This document shows, piece by piece, positions 17,453-31,939 of a stretch of DNA of 64,000 nt; positions within the stretch are counted from its first letter, which is position 1; every line of letters starts with the position of its first letter. The stretch is from the human T2T-CHM13v2.0 reference genome, Homo sapiens. The notes under the pieces are model-generated. The model was not told the origin of the DNA and did not search any database. It saw only the letters and a list, made by a program, of their open reading frames with translations. Position numbers and translations under genes: made by a program. The stretch is from the NCBI RefSeq assembly GCF_009914755.1, contig NC_060925.1; one strand, given 5' to 3'.

Positions 17453-17640
17453 GTCTTCTTCTCCTTCTCCTTCTCCTTCTCCTCCTCCTTCTTCTCCTTC
17501 TCCTTCTCCTTCTCCTCCTACTCTTTCTCCTCCTTCTCCTTCTCCTCCTACTCCTTCTCCTTCTGGTTCTCATTCTCATTCTCATTCTCTTCCTCATTCT
17601 CGTTCTCATTCTTATTTTTACTTTTATTCTTCCTTTCTTC
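17453..17640. repeat. Compound pyrimidine repeat (CTCCTT/CTT/CTC)n grading into (CTCATT)n
   Basis: Direct reading; occupies the tail position of the adjacent Alu monomer. Confidence 0.95.
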
Positions 17641-17754
17641 GACAGGGTTTTGCCATGTTGCCCAGGCTGGTCTTGAAATCCTGAGCTCAAGCAATCCACC
17701 TGCCTTGGCCTCCCAAAGTGTTAGAATTACAGGCATAAGCCACCATACTCAGCC
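17641..17754 (-). mobile_element. Alu left monomer (FLAM/AluJ-like)
   Basis: gacagggttttgccatgttgcccaggctgg ... gccaccatactcagcc. Confidence 0.9.
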
Positions 17755-17799
17755 TGGATCTTGTATGAAGTTGAGCTTATCAATGCAATGTAAGATGTG

Positions 17800-18308
17800 T
17801 GACTATAGCAGACACAGTCAGTGCTCCACTCCACTCCCCTTATATTCCTTGATGCTTTTTACTGTTGCTGAGCACACATCCCACCCTATTCCTAACTGCT
17901 CCCCTTGCGCTTCTGACTGGTTTGGGTTTTTATAACCCACCTGCCACTCTGCATGGAAGAGTGCCTTTGGGCTACCGGAGCTGCTTTGTCTACATGCCAC
18001 AGAGCCCAGAGTGCCTGGAGTTTACATTCCCCACCTTCCCATCCTCCACTTCACAGCCCAAAGACTAAAGAGTGCCAAGCCCAACTCCCTTTGCCAGGAG
18101 CACCCTTGGCACACAATTTGTACTCCAGAGCTCCCCCGTAGGATCAGGCTAAGATTGGGACTTGGCTTGAAATGGCCCCTTGCCCTCTCCTATTCAGCTT
18201 TCCTCCTCCCTTACTGGTGTCTCCTGGAATCACTTCTTTAATAAATCACTTGTACATGCTTCTTTATCTCAGGGCAGGGTCTGCTTTTGGGGCACCTGAC
18301 TAAGGCAA
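17800..18308 (+). mobile_element. ERVL solo LTR (LTR16-like)
   Basis: tttgtactccagagctccccc, aataaatcacttgtacatg, and terminal ggtctgcttttggggcacctgactaaggca. Confidence 0.75.
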
Positions 18309-18574
18309 TGACAACTCGAGTAACTGAAGGTATTTCTATCCACATGATCCCTTCTAATACCAAATCATTTTAATTTAAGCTTAGTTTATATATATAATTT
18401 GGTGTTTATTTTATATAATTTTTAATAAAATTTTAATGATGATATAAAGAAGTCCATGAATAAAAATGCATAGACCTAACCGGAGTCCCATAAGATTGCT
18501 CTTTTACCAGTATCTCTGACAATTTTAAAAGTCTAACCTAAACCATTATAATTGTGCAATGTTTTGATTTAAAT

Positions 18575-18960
18575 CTATATTATTAACTCTATTTGTTAAT
18601 GCATGCTATATGTTAGGCACTATGATAACTGCTTTTTTTTTTTTTGGTATTTTTAGTAAAGATGGGGTTTCACCGTGTTGGCCAGGCTGGTCTCAAACTC
18701 CTGACCTCAGATGATCTGCCCACCTTGGCCTCCCAAAGTGCTGAGATGACAGGAGTGTGCCACCATGCCGAGCCACACGTAATCTTATTTAATCTTCTTA
18801 GCAAATCAGTGAGATTGATCTTATTATCCCCAATTTACAGATGAAGAAACTAACGCTCAGGAAGCTAAGTAACTTGTCCCAGATTGCAGAGTAGATAGCT
18901 GTATGCTGTTTGAACTCAGGATTGATTCCTAAACCCATGCACTTGCCTTCACACTTCAAT
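18575..18960. mobile_element. MIR interrupted by an Alu left arm
   Basis: attatccccaatttacagatgaagaaactaacgctcaggaagctaagtaacttgtccc MIR core. Confidence 0.8.
18633..18774 (-). mobile_element. AluS left-arm fragment
   Basis: Poly-T, then gtatttttagtaaagatggggtttcaccgtgttggccagg ... ccaccatgccgagcc. Confidence 0.9.
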
Positions 18961-21900
18961 GCATTGAAATGAAAGAAATAGCAAGAAACATTTAAATACT
19001 GTCTCTTCCATTTTCAGTAAAATTACACGGAAATGTGTTCTTTTGCAATCTTTTTGATTTCATAATCCTATGAAAATTTTTATACAGTGTAAAGTATTAG
19101 AAGTTTCCCATGAATAATCTTTTCCTCAACAGCTGTTTGGAAAGGAGTACTCTCTAGTAGTAATGAGAGAACCCCTCATGAACAGACTCCTGGATTGTAT
19201 GTGCACATGAAGAAATTCTTTGAAAAATGATCACTTGGGCATTTTAGGCTATTTAAAAATATTAAATCAGCTCCCCTGGGACATTTGAATGATGAGACAG
19301 TAGAAAACCATAAGTCAAGAAAGACAGTCATTTGAATGACTAGATTCTTTCTGTCTCCAGCTATCTGAAAGATGGATTAAATAGTGCTTTTCTTTTGGGA
19401 TTGTTTTAAGAACTGTTAAACATACTGTTTCATAGTTTTTCATCAGTTTCTTTATCATTCCTTGGCCTCAGGAAATGCTATTGATAGAACTTAATCAGGT
19501 AGAGAAATGGGCACCATCCTTGCTCTGGGAGCTGTTTGAAAACTCTCAAAGGAGATGTGGTCAACTCTGCTTTTGTGTGATGACAGATGAGCCATATATT
19601 TCTCTAAAAAGTTAGCCATTGGTTGTAGATGCTAAGTGATAGTAACAAAAACTGCAGAAATTTATCAAGAGGAATTTTATGTTACTTTACAGAATCCATT
19701 GCAACTAAATAAAAACAGTGTTGTAGGAAATATGGAAAAAAAATATCTGTGTGCCAATGGAAGATAAGACTAAAGAAAGGAAAAGAAAGTTCAGAGACAG
19801 TCTGGCCCTGAAAGTCTGATTTAGCTTCTTGCCTGGAAGTTGAGTATACAAATGAAAGAGGCATGCAATCCAATGTGCTGAGAGGAAAAGAATTAAGAAC
19901 ATCTGAGTTTCTGTGAGAGAAGAAATGGCCTTCCAAAATCCACTCATTTCTTTGGGAAGTAACTGCACAAATGTTTTACCATTCAATAAAAGTTCCCAAG
20001 CATGTGCTTGTTTCTGTTGTTTTAAATGTGCTGATTGAATACTGTACCTGAAATAGCTCTGTAGGCTGGTATCTGACATGTGTCTGTTTTAAATGGAACC
20101 AGTCATGAGAGCGGGCTAGCAGTGCGCGTGCTTGAAAAAGGGGACATGGATGTGAATCATTTAGAAAAATGATGCATCCAGACTAGCCAGAGAAACAATA
20201 GGGTGTTGAGAAGGAGATGAAGGAACTATGGATAGAAAAGGAATGGGCAATAGAAAGCTAAAATGCAGGGAGGAAGGAGTCAGAGAGATGTGCCAAAAAT
20301 AGTTAGATGTGTGATGAAAACTTAAATTTCAAATTGTATCTTTTTAGTTTGAAATCCTCTCTGCCCAGATCCTCACATGCTTAGCACACCTCTTTGTCTG
20401 TATATATTGGCCTTGTTTTTGACCGATTGGTTCATTCTAAACCTTTAGCCTTCTATTTTCAGCATTTTACTTGAAATGATTCAATTCAAGGTAGATGTTG
20501 CTTGGGGAGAAGCATATCCAAATTCATATGACAGATTTGAAATCATATTCATTTAAATAGACACTGTATTTCCATGAGACTTCTCTGGACACTGGAAAAA
20601 AAAAAGCCTGAGTAACTCTCCTCATTAAAATATCTCTTCCTGTGTGTGCTGAGAATGTCAAATGGCCACTGCATTCTCCTCCAGGGAGTTTATAATCAAG
20701 CCCAGGACCCAGTTAGATGAAAAATAAGGGGGGCTTTTTTAAATCTTAACAAAGTCATATTCTTTCTTCCACCAATCCTTTGCCCTCTGTAAAAAATAAA
20801 ATAAAAATTTTAAGCCTGTTTATAAAAAAATGTTTCCACCTATTAGGCCATAATAAGGAACAGGAGTTTTATTTAGCATAGAGGCAGAATAAAGTCATAT
20901 TTTCACTCTGTTCTGCACACACGCATAAGAAACTCTTAGGAGCATAGACTTCTAGACGTTTTTCTGATAATATTTTTTTTCCTCAAATATTAAGGGTTTA
21001 ACAAAAGCCTTCCATTATTCAATGTCTAGCATGGTTTCGGATGTTAGAAACCATGCAGTAGATATGAGATATATGCTATCCTAAGTTTGCAGTATGCTAT
21101 AGAGACACACAAACATGCAAGTCAATGTGGAAGTATTTTGCATAAAATTCAGAGATGCAAATTCAAATGGTCACAGGAGCCACACAGGTAATATAAAGGT
21201 GTGAATGTTAGCCTAGGTAAGGTATCTGGGACTAATGGGATGTATGGTGAAACAGAAGACTTAACTTTGAAATTAAAATTAACAAAAAACTTAAAGCACT
21301 GATCATAAAACGACATCAGGTTTGGCAGATAGGGTCTGCAACTATAAGTTTGCCACATCTGGCATAGATAAATGGAATAATTATGTGATTATACGAATGC
21401 ACCAAGAAGAAATAAAGAGGTATTAAAAATACTAGCAGCTTGGAGATTAAATGAGTGGCCTTTATCAGGGAAGGTTTTTCGGAGAAAAACCATTAGCCAT
21501 GGTCTAAACTAAGGATGCATTACTGCACTCAAGACCCTGAGAATGCAGGAGAGAGCTACGGGCTGAATGACTTGTTCTAACTGGTATTTTTCTCTAAATA
21601 TCCCTCTCAAATTATGACTTTTTCTTAGTTGTGTCTAATAAATTTATTTCGAGACTGGGAAAGTTAAAGAAGTAGAGATAGGGAGAACGGATGGTGGGAC
21701 TGACATCAGAGGGAGGTACATTCCCCCCTTTTCCAAACAAGTAGATGCAGGAGCTGGTTCTGGAATACAACAGTCTCAACTCTAAAATCTTGCCCACTGT
21801 GAGTATCAAAATCAGCTGTGCACTGCAGTAGAAATAAACCAACTAGCTGAGTGCTAGTTTCTAATTCTCTGATGATGAATCACATATATTTATTTCAGTG

Positions 21901-22920
21901 TCAGAGAAAAATTTCCCAAGAACCTCTGTGAGCATTAGGATGTCATTTATTTCAAAGGAAAGAAGTCTCCTGTATTTATCTCGGTGAAGGCATACTATTC
22001 TCCATCACGTTAATTGGCCATGTTAGATTGATTTTTGAAAAATGATATCTTCCTGAGGAAAAATTCTGATTTCCTGGTGCAATTATCTTCTGGGTACTTA
22101 TTTTTCCAGTAAAAGCTTTTCATCAAAAGCTCTTCAGTAGGTTTTAAAACATGTTAACAACAAACAGCATTTGAAAAGTGAGGTAAGAATGGCTTTGTTA
22201 AGGATTTAAACTTTTCTTTACAAGAATCTTAGGTGTTGGCAATTGTCTGAATACCAGAGGCTAAAATAAATTAGCAAAGACCACCAGAAAGTTAGACAGT
22301 GAGTCTGCCAAATCAGAAGCTGAGGATACTAAGGCATCTCAGAGATGATGCGCTCCAATTCAAGTCTCAAGTTTCTTCTGTGATATCCCAACTGGTAATA
22401 CAGCTTCTGTTTCAAGTGTTCCAGTATTAAGAGAATTCACTATCTCTTAATGAAACTCATTCCATTTTTCTTGACTCCTCCAGTCATTCATACATTCTTT
22501 CTCAAAGTGAAAAAAATACCCCTTACTTCCACTCACCAACGAAATCACACTAAATTAGTTTCAATCTTTTTGTAAATGGATTTTCGTGTATTTAAAGATA
22601 ACTATTATCATAATTTTCATAGAGTCACTAAATCTTAATTCCTTTTCTGTTTTATTTTTCTAGTTCAATGACAGTGTCGCTTGTGTAGAAGATGTGAGGA
22701 TGTTTTCTATGGACAGATGGTTATTTTTTTCTAAGCTCGGCCAGGGGCTGGGTGGAGTGGGTATAAATGGTACATATCTATGAAGGTCACCCTCCTGGTC
22801 TAGGAGCTTGGAAAAAATAAAATTAGTAATAGATCTGATTCCTGTGCTCACAAATTCTACAATCTACAGAAGGGAGCACAATGCACTGCTCAGGGCTACT
22901 TCATAAAAGATCACTTGAGG

Positions 22921-22930
22921 ATGACGTCAT
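22921..22930. promoter_or_regulatory. Perfect CRE palindrome ATGACGTCAT (CREB/ATF motif); function unproven
   Basis: Exact motif with retained CpG. Confidence 0.3.
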
Positions 22931-25580
22931 GTAAACTCAGATGGGGTTAATCCCGGAAGATGTCATGAAGGAGGTGGGGGTGTAGTCATGAGTTGCGACA
23001 GTGAGGTGCATTGTTACAAACTCTGGGTCAGAAATAAGATGTCAAGAGTCACTTTTGAAGTGGTGGCTTTCTTAGTATTTGCTTACGACAGAGATTGATA
23101 AATATAATTAAACTCTGGCAAGGCAAAAATGCATTTCACACCCAAGTGTTGTGTACCTATGAAGTGTGTATAATTTATTTGTCACACTGTTCTAAATGTA
23201 GTTGGTATTTTTATTCTGAGTATATACACATGGATTTTTATCATAGAGTGAAAAGAAATTTCCCCAAATTATTTGATAACATCTCTGAGTATGTAACCAA
23301 TTCATGTAGAGATTCTAACACAAATATCTTCCATTAACTCTGTTTTCCCAAAATAATTTCTTTAGGATAAAATTAAAAACTTGTTTTACCCTTCATAAAT
23401 CACTAGGCTTTGCTGAGCGTTTTCTTCAAGTCTCCATCAATGTTTCCCCTTTGGGCCTGAAACTGAGCATGGAAAATTTCACCTTACCAGACAGGCCTTT
23501 TTGGAAACCATACACAGTGGGACGGGGGGTTAAATTTATATTTAACTTCAAAAGATTTTTTCTTCCACAAATGATATAATATGGGGTACTGAGCAATCAT
23601 TTTTTGGTATAATTGAGCTAGCTTGTTGGTCTGTTCAATTATTTATGAGCCACTTACAGATTTATTTAGGTATTTCAGCATACTCTGACCTCCATCTCTC
23701 AGAACTGAACATCGACAGTTTTTCTTTTTTCCTTTTTGGGTGCATAAATAAGAGAATTTCATGTCAGTAAAAAATATTTCCATGTTGCAAAACAATAAGG
23801 TGATTATGTATTATGTGAAGTTGTTGGAACCCCTAAAACATAAAGAATGAGAAAAAAATGACATAGATCTCACTGATACTCCATATTGATATGATCTGAA
23901 ACTGAATTAAGGAAAAGGTGGGGACAATGTTGGGAGGGCAAGGAATTTGCTTCTCTATTTTCTCATTTAAAGTTTTATGGTTTTAAAAAATGGACAAACT
24001 AGGGATTTGAGCATTTGGAAATATTAAATCAAAAGTACCAAACTTATACTCTAGAAGTACCAGGAATTAAACATTGAGTTACAGAGATGAGGGCACTGGT
24101 TATTTATTTGCATTTATATATTTGTTTATTTTTTGCTTTAAGTAATATAGGATAAAGACTAGTAGAATATAGAAATTAAATCTTTTGTAATAGAAAGGGA
24201 GAGAAAAGTGAACATAGGTGGAGAAAATTAAGAAGTAATAAAAGCAAGTTGGTGAAAGTCTAGAATACTTATTATTAGATACAGGAGGCAGTGGGAAGTA
24301 ATAACTTTGATTGGTACTGCCTTTTTGTTATAGGTGTCCTGGAATTCTTTGGGAAGGTGCAGACAGAGCGAGGTCATGGAAGTCATAAGTATTTGGAATG
24401 AAATGGGGAACAATGCTAGTGGAGCAGTTGCCACTTATAACTGCTAGAAGGTGTGCCCTGAATCTGTCAGCGAGATTTCTGACTGGGTTGAGTTGGATAA
24501 ACAGCAGGGCAAGGAGATCAAACCTAACTTACTTTTACTCTGAGTCTTCATCGGCCCCTGGAGAAAGTGACAATCTCATTTACATTATTTTTTATTATGA
24601 TGTTTTGGTTTTAATTCTGCTGAACTTATTCAATGTTAAGTTTTAATATCACGGTTTTCAGGCCTTATATGAGATTAGCACCTTTTTATGCCTATAGTTT
24701 TCCCTGAACTACCTACAACTATCACTGCATCAATTATAATTCGGTAATTCAGGATTTTTGATCACACCACTTATGGGATTTCACTTGTTAGTTTATAGTA
24801 CAGCTTGATTATTTTAGATAATATATTCATTCACCACAGCTTTGTGGTGGCTAACTCCCTCCACACTTCCTTCCCCACGCCCTGCCAAGTGTAGGCGCTA
24901 CTTGAAGAAACTTTAGGACAAAAAAGAGCATGAAACTAACCCCCAAAGTGTCAGAATGGTAGGACATATCTTGCATGACTTCTAAGCAGTAAGAATTATT
25001 TAAATAAATCAAAAAGGGAGAAATCAAACTGCCTCCACAACAAAAGTCATGGGAAGAAGGCAGAATTTTGGTTCTTTTTTTCATAGTATATTTCAGGAAT
25101 TTAATATACTAATATGCACTACAAATTATCAAGAAAGAAGGAATACTGTGTGCCACATTTCCAAAATTTATTTGAGATAAAAAAGAATTTTTGGCAGAAC
25201 ATCTAATAGAGACAACATTGAACATAATATGCTTTGAGAAACGTTGCTCTACATTAATTGATTAAAGCTTTCACCTCTAGGGAAGGGCCTTGTTTTAATA
25301 TAAAAAATTCAATGCAGAAACCTGACTATCATACACACGTAAGGTTTGCCAAGTCTGCTAAGCTAGAAATGCGCAGCTCTTTATTTCCCCCCTGTCCTAG
25401 AGCCTGAGGTGGGACTAGACATAGGGAAAGTAAAGTGGGTCTAGGCTCTGGAGACATATTTCATGTTACCTGCATGGCGCTCCTGACTGTATCTGTCAAA
25501 CTTGGAAACAACATCATTTGCCTAATTTCAGCAAAAGCCAATTCAACAAAGAATCAATTCACCCAAGAACCAATTTTCTT

Positions 25581-26021
25581 TTTTTTCTTTTTTTATTTCT
25601 AAAAGAATTTTTATTTTTTATTATACTTTAAGTTTTAGGGTACATATGCACAACGTGCAGGTTACATACGTATATATGTGCCATGTTGGTGTGCTGCACC
25701 CATTAACCCGTCATTTAACATTAGGTATATCTCCTAATGTTATCCCTCCCCCCTGCCCCCACCCCACAACAGGCCCAGGTGTGTGATGTTCCCCTTCCTG
25801 TGTCCGTGTGTTCTCATTGTTCAATTCCCACCTATGAGTGAGAACGTGTGGTGTTTGGTTTTTTGTCCTTACGATAGTTTGCTGAGAATGATGGTTTCCA
25901 GCTTCATCCATGTCCCTACAAAGGACATGAACTCATCATTTTTTATGGCTGCATGGTATTCCATGGTGTATATGTGCCACATTTTCTTGATCCAGTCTAT
26001 CATTGTTGGACATTTGGGTTG
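25581..26021 (-). mobile_element. L1PA 3' end (5'-truncated)
   Basis: Near-consensus L1PA 3'UTR; perfect 15-bp TSD agaaccaattttctt at 25566-25580 and 26022-26036. Confidence 0.96.
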
Positions 26022-26110
26022 AGAACCAATTTTCTTAATTGACTGATTTCTAAACACTGGCTCCTTATAATTATGCATAAACTTGATATGTCGAATAAAA
26101 CGCTTTGTAA

Positions 26111-26732
<622 letters not shown>

Positions 26733-27261
26733 TGAAAGTCAGAGAGGGGAGAAAAAGCAAACAGGAGTGAGAGGAAAGAAGAGTTTAGGTAAGGGAGGAC
26801 AGTCTGAAGTCCCCAGAGTCCCATCCTCCTTCTCACATATCTCTCAGGCTCTGCCAATCCATCCAATATGAATTTCTCTGACCCTTAAACATATTTTATT
26901 TAAAACCATAGTAAATTAGTGAATTGGTAATTTGGTGAATAGTCCAGTCAATGAGTCAATTGGCTTTTGGTAACTACATAGATCCTGAGCCTCTTGACCT
27001 GCAATATTAATTCCAACTGTCAGTATTTTGTTCATGGTTATAGTCCCTGTGCCTTACAGTGTCAGACACAGAGGAAAAGCAATAAATATTTCTTAAGTGA
27101 ATAAAGGCAAGAATAATTATATGAAGGTGTGAAGTATCCAGAGCTGATTAGTCTCCAGATGATACGCCATTTGGCGTTCCCTATGCCTAGACCTACTGTG
27201 GGTGATTGAAAAAAACTGAGTTGATAACTACTAATTTAGTGGCCTTAAGAAAGCAATGTGA

Positions 27262-27614
<353 letters not shown>

Positions 27615-27661
27615 TTAAGGAGAGAAAGTGCGTGTTTGGCAGTCTTTCAAATTATCTCTGA

Positions 27662-27993
<332 letters not shown>

Positions 27994-28464
27994 TATTTTA
28001 TATTGTTAATAGAATTCTTTACAATTCATTGATAACCAACTGCTGTGACTCCTCTCATTTAATAGCGATTTGTTCTTTGAGGGGAATTTGAGTTTTTTAG
28101 AATCACTTCTTTCAGCAATTCTCTCAATTCAGTTCAAATAGGATGCCCCACTATTCTGGTAAGGAACTCAGCTCCGTAATATTTAAATATGACTCACATC
28201 CAAATTTTATACTTTAATTTTATTTCATCTGAGTGGCTTATACTCATTTAATTTTATGTTTTCAGTGATTATTGTTATTTGCTTTTCAATAATGCGAAAT
28301 TCTTTAATTAAAGAAATGGGGTCTTTATGTATTACCAAATATGTTGCATTAAAAAAATAGCCTTATAATGAATACTTTCACCAAACTGCATAAAACATGC
28401 AGTAATGCAGAATGATTAATATATAGGCACTATTTCTGAAGCAAATAATTTTTTAAAACCAACC

Positions 28465-28800
28465 TTTTTATTGCAAATTTCAAACATTCACAAAAATGAA
28501 GAGAATACTATAATGAGCCTACATGTACTCATCACCCATCTTCAGCGGTTAACTCAAAGCCAGTTGTGTTTTCTCTGTACCTGCTAACTCCCACTGGATT
28601 ATTTAAACCAAACCCTAGACATCATATCATTTTATCCTGGAATATTTCAGAATGTATTTCTTAAGAGTAAGTAAGAGTGCTTTCAAAAAGTATAACCATA
28701 GTAGCATTATCAACTTTAAAAAATTTGTTAATATCCACTTTTAACTTTTCCCTGATTATGTCATACTTTTTAAAAGTGTGTTCAAATTAGCATCTACATG
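28465..28800 (-). mobile_element. Old L1 (L1ME/MC-like) 3' end
   Basis: ttttattgcaaatttcaaacattcacaaaaatgaagagaatactataatgagcc. Confidence 0.65.
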
Positions 28801-29589
28801 AGGTTGAATAGGCTTGAATTTTCAGACTTCATTTCTGCTTGGTTAATCCATTCTAGTTGAAATATTTAAATGTTAAATATTTAATGGGCTTATTTTCTAG
28901 GCTTATAAAACATGAAAGATTATCCTGCCTGACAAGGGTTTAGAAGTCTTTTGTTGTTGCTGCTATTACTGTGATGTTTCTAATCGCATTAGTAATTGTT
29001 GTTGTAGTTTGCTTTTAGTAATGTGGTACAGTTATGCTATTAGAATTAATCTTTTGGGTTGCTCCAATTATTCCCACACCTTAATTCAGAATCAGTTTTG
29101 TTATGTTTTTATAGTACAGTATAATTGAATACAACTGAAGCACCTATACAACAGTTAGAAACATATTTATCTACAAGGAGGACTATTTATATCAGTGGCT
29201 CTGGGGCAAGCTTTTCAGATCTTAATTACACCCAAGGGAAATAACCGAACTCAGCAATATATTAAACTTTTGATGCCTCTGAAGTTCATTACCATACAAT
29301 AACCACATTATCTCTCATAACTTATTTTAAAATTTTTGCATTCCAAAGCCTCTTTATAGGCTGCGTTACTTGGTAGTAACAGAAACGAAAAGGAGCTGCT
29401 ATATTGTAAACCTGGTTTCTTGTGTGGGTGGAGTACTGAAACTTACATGTGTGGGATATTTCATGTTTTCTTCAACTCAAAGGATGATTATATTTTTAAT
29501 CTAGATTTTCTTCATGAAAAATAGGCTTGCAAAAAGTATCTGCAGCCAAATAGAGATCAGTAATTAACCTCTCTCCCCACAAAACTCTC

Positions 29590-30850
29590 TTTCTCTACTA
29601 TGTAAGCAATAAATATTCATTATAGAACAATTAGAAAGTGCACATAAGCACCAAGAAAAAAAGATAGAGATAACAGTTAACCTTCAGTTAAGTGTTCACT
29701 TTTTTCTAAACTATTGTATAATATATACAATATATCATAATATACATACAATATACAGAAATATATATTAATTTATAATAATTCAATTTCTACAAACTAC
29801 TATTAATATACTTTATTCAGTCAACAATATATTATGAACATCTTTGCATATTAATTAATATGCTGATACACCATCATTTTTTTGTTGCTGTTCCACTGTT
29901 AGACTGACACGATGTACACATTTATACTGTGTCTGATTTTTTTATCTTATAAACTGTGTAAGAAACATTATTATACATAAGACTTGTCCAATTAATTTTT
30001 TATTATAAATTACTAAAAGGGGAATTGCTAAAATTTGGCAATTTTAAAGGTTTTTAAATCACAATGGAAAATTGACTTCCACAAGAATTCTACCAAAATA
30101 TTCTTCTAGGCTTTCTTGCGTCTAAAGGCACTGTTTCCTCACATGCTAAGCAACCCTGAGTAGTATGATTTTTAATCTTTTTTGATCAAATAATGAAAAT
30201 TCCATCTTAGCGTGTTAATGTACATTTGCTGTATTATGAGAGAGTATTTTTTTGTACATTTATTGGATATTTGTATTTTTCCACAGTGCACTGACACTTT
30301 GTAATTTTAGACTTGTTTTCTTCTATAGCATGTCTTTTAAAAATTAATTTGAAAAAATATTTTTACATATAAGGGGTTCTTTACATATATTATATTTTGT
30401 AAATGTTATCCTACTTCTTGCTTTAACTTTGTGGGGTTTGTTGCTGTTGTTACATAGAAGCTCTTTAAGAGGGAAATTTTACCAATTTTTTTCAACACAG
30501 TAAAAGGAACAGTTGTTTCTCATATAGACTTAATTCTGTTTCTGGAATTTCTATTCTCTTCAACTGACCTGTCTTTTCCATCCCTAGTGCTTTAAACCTG
30601 TGTTTTATTCTCTGGTAAGAAAGACCCCCTATTGCCTACTGTGTCTTTACTTTTTTTGTTTTGTTTTAAAAATATTTTTATTACTTAGCAAATTTATTTT
30701 TCCCAAACATTTATTTTTAAGTATAATTTAGAATCATTTTGTTGATTGAAATTGGAACTGCAGTTGAGGTAATTTAATAGCTGAATTTGGGGAGAAGCAA
30801 CATCTTTATAATATTAAGCCCTCTAGTGAGGAAACATGTTATGTTTCTCC
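29590..30850 (-). mobile_element. Old L1 (L1ME-like) fragments
   Basis: Degenerate antisense ORF2/3'UTR (tgattgaaattggaactgcagttg ... aatttggggagaagcaacatctttataatattaag). Confidence 0.6.
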
Positions 30851-30851
30851 A

Positions 30852-31871
30852 TGTATTAAAGTTCCAGGGAAACAGAACCAATAGATATAGATATAGATAT
30901 CTATATCTATATAATATGTGTGTGTAGATATATCTTTTATATATTATATATAACATGTCATATGAGATATATCTTTTATATAAGATATATCTTTTATATA
31001 TTATATATATCTTTTATATATTATATATAAGATATATCTTTTATATTTTATATATCATATAATATATATCTTTTATATATTATATTACATATATCTTTTA
31101 TATATTATATATTATATATAATACGTGTATATATATCTTTTATACATATTATATATGTGTATAAAGATACATTTGTCTTTTATATATGTATCTATATATA
31201 ATATATAATATACATATTATATATACATATTTTATATAATATGTAATAATTACATATATAATATACATGTATAATTACATATAGAATATGTAATAATAAA
31301 TAATATACATATTATATATAATATATAATATATAAAAAAGATATATATACACACATTTATGTGTATATATGTTTTATATATAAAAGATATATATTATATA
31401 TAAAAGATATATAAAATGAATATATAAAATATATATAAGAATATAATAAAATATATCTTTATATATATCTTTTTTATATATATATAAAAGATACTTATAA
31501 GAATATATTGGTCCACATGATTATGAAGGCTGAGAATGTACTTAATCTGCCATTTGCAAGCTGGAGACTTAGGAAGGCCAACGGTGTAGATTCCATTTCC
31601 ATCTGAGGCACTGAGAACCAGGAATGCCTAGGGGAGGAGACAGAGGAAGTGTATTTAATCTCCCTCTGCCCTTTTGTTCTATACAAGACCTCAATGGATC
31701 GTGTGATGCCCACCCGTATTAGGGAGTGCCATCTGCTTTACTCAGTCTACTAGTTCAAAAGCTAATCTCTTTCAGAAACACCCTCACAGTCACACTCAGC
31801 AATAATGCTTAATTAGATATCTGGGCATCCCATGGCCCAGCCAAGTTGACATATAAGATTAATTATCGTAC
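30852..31871 (-). mobile_element. MLT2B-like ERVL solo LTR carrying a large AT-rich expansion
   Basis: tgtattaaagttccagggaaacagaaccaatag ... cagaaacaccctcacag ... ccagccaagttgacatataagattaattatc. Confidence 0.88.
30882..31497. repeat. ~600-bp (TA)-rich minisatellite, quasi-palindromic
   Basis: Left half rich in atatatcttttatatatt, right half rich in tatataaaagatatat. Confidence 0.92.
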
Positions 31872-31939
31872 ACCAGATATTCAAATTTGTCTTTATGACT
31901 CCCAGGAGTGTTTGGGAGTTTTATGTACATGAGTGGTAT

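Noticed and set aside
17430-17736. Arg-rich protamine-like and NE-repeat ORFs
   Set aside because: Translations of the microsatellite plus Alu.
22100-22190. Possible exon bounded by ttttccag and gag|gtaaga
   Set aside because: Isolated splice-like signals are common; no supporting ORF or neighbouring exons.
27164-27177. Short palindrome acgccatttggcgt (YY1-like)
   Set aside because: A 6-bp stem is too short to exceed chance and has no supporting context.
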